Assembly: GCA_934168325.1 (NCBI GenBank)
Contig: CAKPNG010000005.1
Span: forward strand, 1-61,733
Length of the DNA: 61,733 nt
Source: an uncultured Bacilli bacterium
Lineage (GTDB): Bacteria > Bacillota_I > Bacilli_A > RFN20 > CAG-826
Direction: 5' to 3'
In this document: positions 59,714 to 61,733 of the stretch, piece after piece
Layout of the letters: every line of letters begins with the position of its first letter
How positions within the stretch are numbered: position 1 is the first letter of the stretch
Position numbers and translations under genes: made by a program
The notes under the pieces: generated by a model
The model's database searches: none
What the model saw: only the letters and a program-made list of their open reading frames with translations
What the model was told of the DNA's origin: nothing

Positions 59714-60427
59714 TTAATCGTGATATTTAATATAAGTTAATCTACCTAATTTATCTTCCCAAACAATATTTATAATTTGAGATTTTTTAATAATTTCTTT
59801 TACTTTATCTTTATATTCAACTTCAACATCTTGTTCATCAATTTTTCTTACGAATTTTCCAATATGGTGTAAACCATTTTGAACTTGAACAAAGTCTCCA
59901 ACATTTAATCCATAATTTACGATAGAACAAACTGGAATTCCTAATGCTTTATAACCATGTAATGAACGTAATTCGACTAAGAATAATCCCATAATTGGAA
60001 TACCACCACTTTTTTCTACTAATCTTTTCATAGCAGCAGCACTACCACCAGTTGCAATGATATCATCAAGAATAATGACACGATCGCCTTTATTAATACT
60101 ACCTTCTGGAATTTCCATAGTTGCAGTTCCGTATTCTAATTCATAAGTTTCACGATATCCTACAACAGGAAGTTTCCCAGCTTTTCTAGCAATAACAATA
60201 CCTTTATTATTTAAAAAAGCTAGAGGAGATCCAAAAATAAAGCCTCTACTTTCAGCACAAATTATCTTATCCCAACTCTCAAAACTTGGTAATTGCTTAT
60301 TTAAATCCATAATTGCTTGATGAAAAGCGTCGCCATTATAAAGTAGAGGTGTAATATCTCTAAATTTAATTCCTTTAATAGGATAATCATTAATTGTTCT
60401 TATATAAGTATCATATACATCTTTCAT
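59714..60427 (-). CDS. apt: adenine phosphoribosyltransferase with an extra C-terminal domain of about 64 aa
   Basis: Residues 1 to about 173 are Apt-like ('DYPIKGIKFRDITPLL', PRPP loop 'VIILDDIIATGGS'). Residues about 174-237 have no counterpart in ordinary Apt proteins of about 170-185 aa. Confidence 0.85.
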   Translation of the reverse strand: MKDVYDTYIRTINDYPIKGIKFRDITPLLYNGDAFHQAIMDLNKQLPSFESWDKIICAESRGFIFGSPLAFLNNKGIVIARKAGKLPVVGYRETYELEYGTATMEIPEGSINKGDRVIILDDIIATGGSAAAMKRLVEKSGGIPIMGLFLVELRSLHGYKALGIPVCSIVNYGLNVGDFVQVQNGLHHIGKFVRKIDEQDVEVEYKDKVKEIIKKSQIINIVWEDKLGRLTYIKYHD

Positions 60428-60441
60428 AATTTGCCTCCATT

Positions 60442-61440
60442 TTATAATCTTGTTGAATTTTTCTTTATATATACTGACTCAAAACGATATTCTTTATCAT
60501 ATAAGCAATCATTTATCAAATCGACTAACATAAACATTGCTCTTTTTCCAACTTCTTGCATATCAATATACATATTTGATATTTGAGGTCTAATAATTGA
60601 AGAATATTTTGTACCAATAATTGATAAAACTTCAATATCTTCAGGAATTGATAATCCACTATCACTAGCAGCGTTTAATACAGCAGCAGCGATAGAATCA
60701 CGATATGCAATAACATATTCTTTTCTTTTAACTTTAAATCTTTCCATAAAATCATGATATGTTCTTTGATATGAATCGTCACAATTCATAATGTTATATT
60801 CACGATCATTTTGAATATGGGTTTGAATAAAAGCATTTTCAACACGTGTTAATAATCGACCTGCATTATGAACATGTAAGAAAGTCATCTTTTTATCACC
60901 TTTATTAAAATAATCAGTAATAATTTGTTTAATAAGGTGTTCATAACTAAAATGAATACATCCGATTTTACTAGCAATTATTCTATTATTAACGCTAATA
61001 ACAGGAACATTATAATTACTACAAACTTCTAAATCTTCACTATTTAACTCATCATCAAAGACAATTACACCGTCAACATGAGATTGAATGACTTTTTCTA
61101 GCATTGTCAATGCATCTTCACGACTATGAGAAGTTGTATATAAACTGACAGTGAAGCCTTTATTTTTACAAACTTCAGTAATACCATTCAACATATTAGC
61201 GATATAAACATAATTTGCACTAGGAATAATAACACCTATATTAGTTGTTTTATTCGTGGCTAAAGCTTGAGCTAAACCACTAGGTTTATAGCCCAATTTT
61301 TTAATTACACTTAAAACTTTACGCTTTGTTTCAGGCTTGACTGAATCAGCATTATTAATAACTCTACTAACAGTGGCTAAAGAAACGCCACTAACCTTTG
61401 CTACTTCGTAAATTGTAACACGCTCTTTAACATTTTCCAT
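60442..61440 (-). CDS. LacI-family transcriptional regulator (CcpA-like)
   Basis: N-terminal HTH 'VTIYEVAKVSGVSLATVSRVINN...V...TR.KV...I..LGY.P' followed by a periplasmic-binding-fold sugar domain. Confidence 0.85.
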   Translation of the reverse strand: MENVKERVTIYEVAKVSGVSLATVSRVINNADSVKPETKRKVLSVIKKLGYKPSGLAQALATNKTTNIGVIIPSANYVYIANMLNGITEVCKNKGFTVSLYTTSHSREDALTMLEKVIQSHVDGVIVFDDELNSEDLEVCSNYNVPVISVNNRIIASKIGCIHFSYEHLIKQIITDYFNKGDKKMTFLHVHNAGRLLTRVENAFIQTHIQNDREYNIMNCDDSYQRTYHDFMERFKVKRKEYVIAYRDSIAAAVLNAASDSGLSIPEDIEVLSIIGTKYSSIIRPQISNMYIDMQEVGKRAMFMLVDLINDCLYDKEYRFESVYIKKNSTRL

Positions 61441-61733
61441 GTATACATATTAACATATCTAATAAAAATGTAAATATTTTCATGTTTTTTTCAATATAAA
61501 AACTTAATTTATTAATATTCATATTAATTTTAATTAAATTTAATCTATTTTATTAAAAAATGAAATATTTTATGAAAAATTTTCATTTATACTAATAAAT
61601 TGGATACGGAACTCTTTTTAAACGATCACTTGGTATATTTCTTCTACCTTCTTTAGCCCCGTTTTTAGAATATAGTACTACAATTGTTTAGAATTTAATT
61701 CCAATTAAACCATTTAAAATCTCGAATAAATCG

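Noticed and set aside
61600-61733. Relatively GC-richer stretch at the window end, considered as a possible gene end, riboswitch or small RNA.
   Set aside because: There is no ORF longer than about 27 codons ending here on either strand. I recognise no riboswitch core motif (purine, TPP, SAM, glycine and others were compared by eye). The window edge prevents further judgement.
1-61733. Mollicutes-type genetic code (TGA read as Trp), CRISPR arrays, transposases, integrases, prophage genes, tRNA and rRNA genes.
   Set aside because: All conserved genes are full length under the standard code, so TGA acts as a stop. No direct-repeat/spacer array, IS-like inverted repeats, recombinase-like ORFs or RNA-gene-like GC-rich blocks were seen.

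Overview
The window is a very AT-rich, gene-dense chromosomal segment from a low-GC Bacillota-type organism (Bacilli, Erysipelotrichia or Mollicutes-like). All long ORFs are intact under the standard bacterial code, so TGA is not read as Trp. About 55 protein genes sit in long co-directional, often overlapping arrays. Most are core housekeeping genes. Translation genes are leuS, thrS, tyrS, infC-rpmI-rplT, rpmB, rpsD, rlmN and thiI with a cysteine desulfurase. Glycolysis and sugar genes are pfkA-pyk, gpmA, rpe and galT. Glycogen metabolism is split into glgC-glgD-glgA and glgB-glgP. Replication, repair and division genes are priA, gmk, exoA, ezrA and tex. Signalling is represented by a PP2C phosphatase with a Ser/Thr kinase. 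Transport is represented by a heterodimeric ABC exporter. I found no rRNA, tRNA, CRISPR array, transposase, integrase or phage gene. The cis-regulatory RNAs I can support are a threonine T-box leader before thrS and an L20-type attenuator leader before infC, plus several rho-independent terminators. The most unusual content is a three-gene module at 12280-17709 with the size, order and motifs of Wadjet JetA-JetB-JetC (MksF-MksE-MksB). It lacks the JetD/MksG nuclease gene and is wedged directly in front of glgCDA, with a PHP-family phosphoesterase gene just upstream. Secondary oddities: an RsmB-like protein that seems to have lost its catalytic motifs; a PrkC-position kinase with no TM or PASTA region; an Apt protein with an extra C-terminal domain coupled to tyrS; an in-frame stop or missing start in the first gene; and a non-AUG infC start. 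There are also a few palindromic candidate operators. All family assignments come from reading the translations by eye, and no database search was run.
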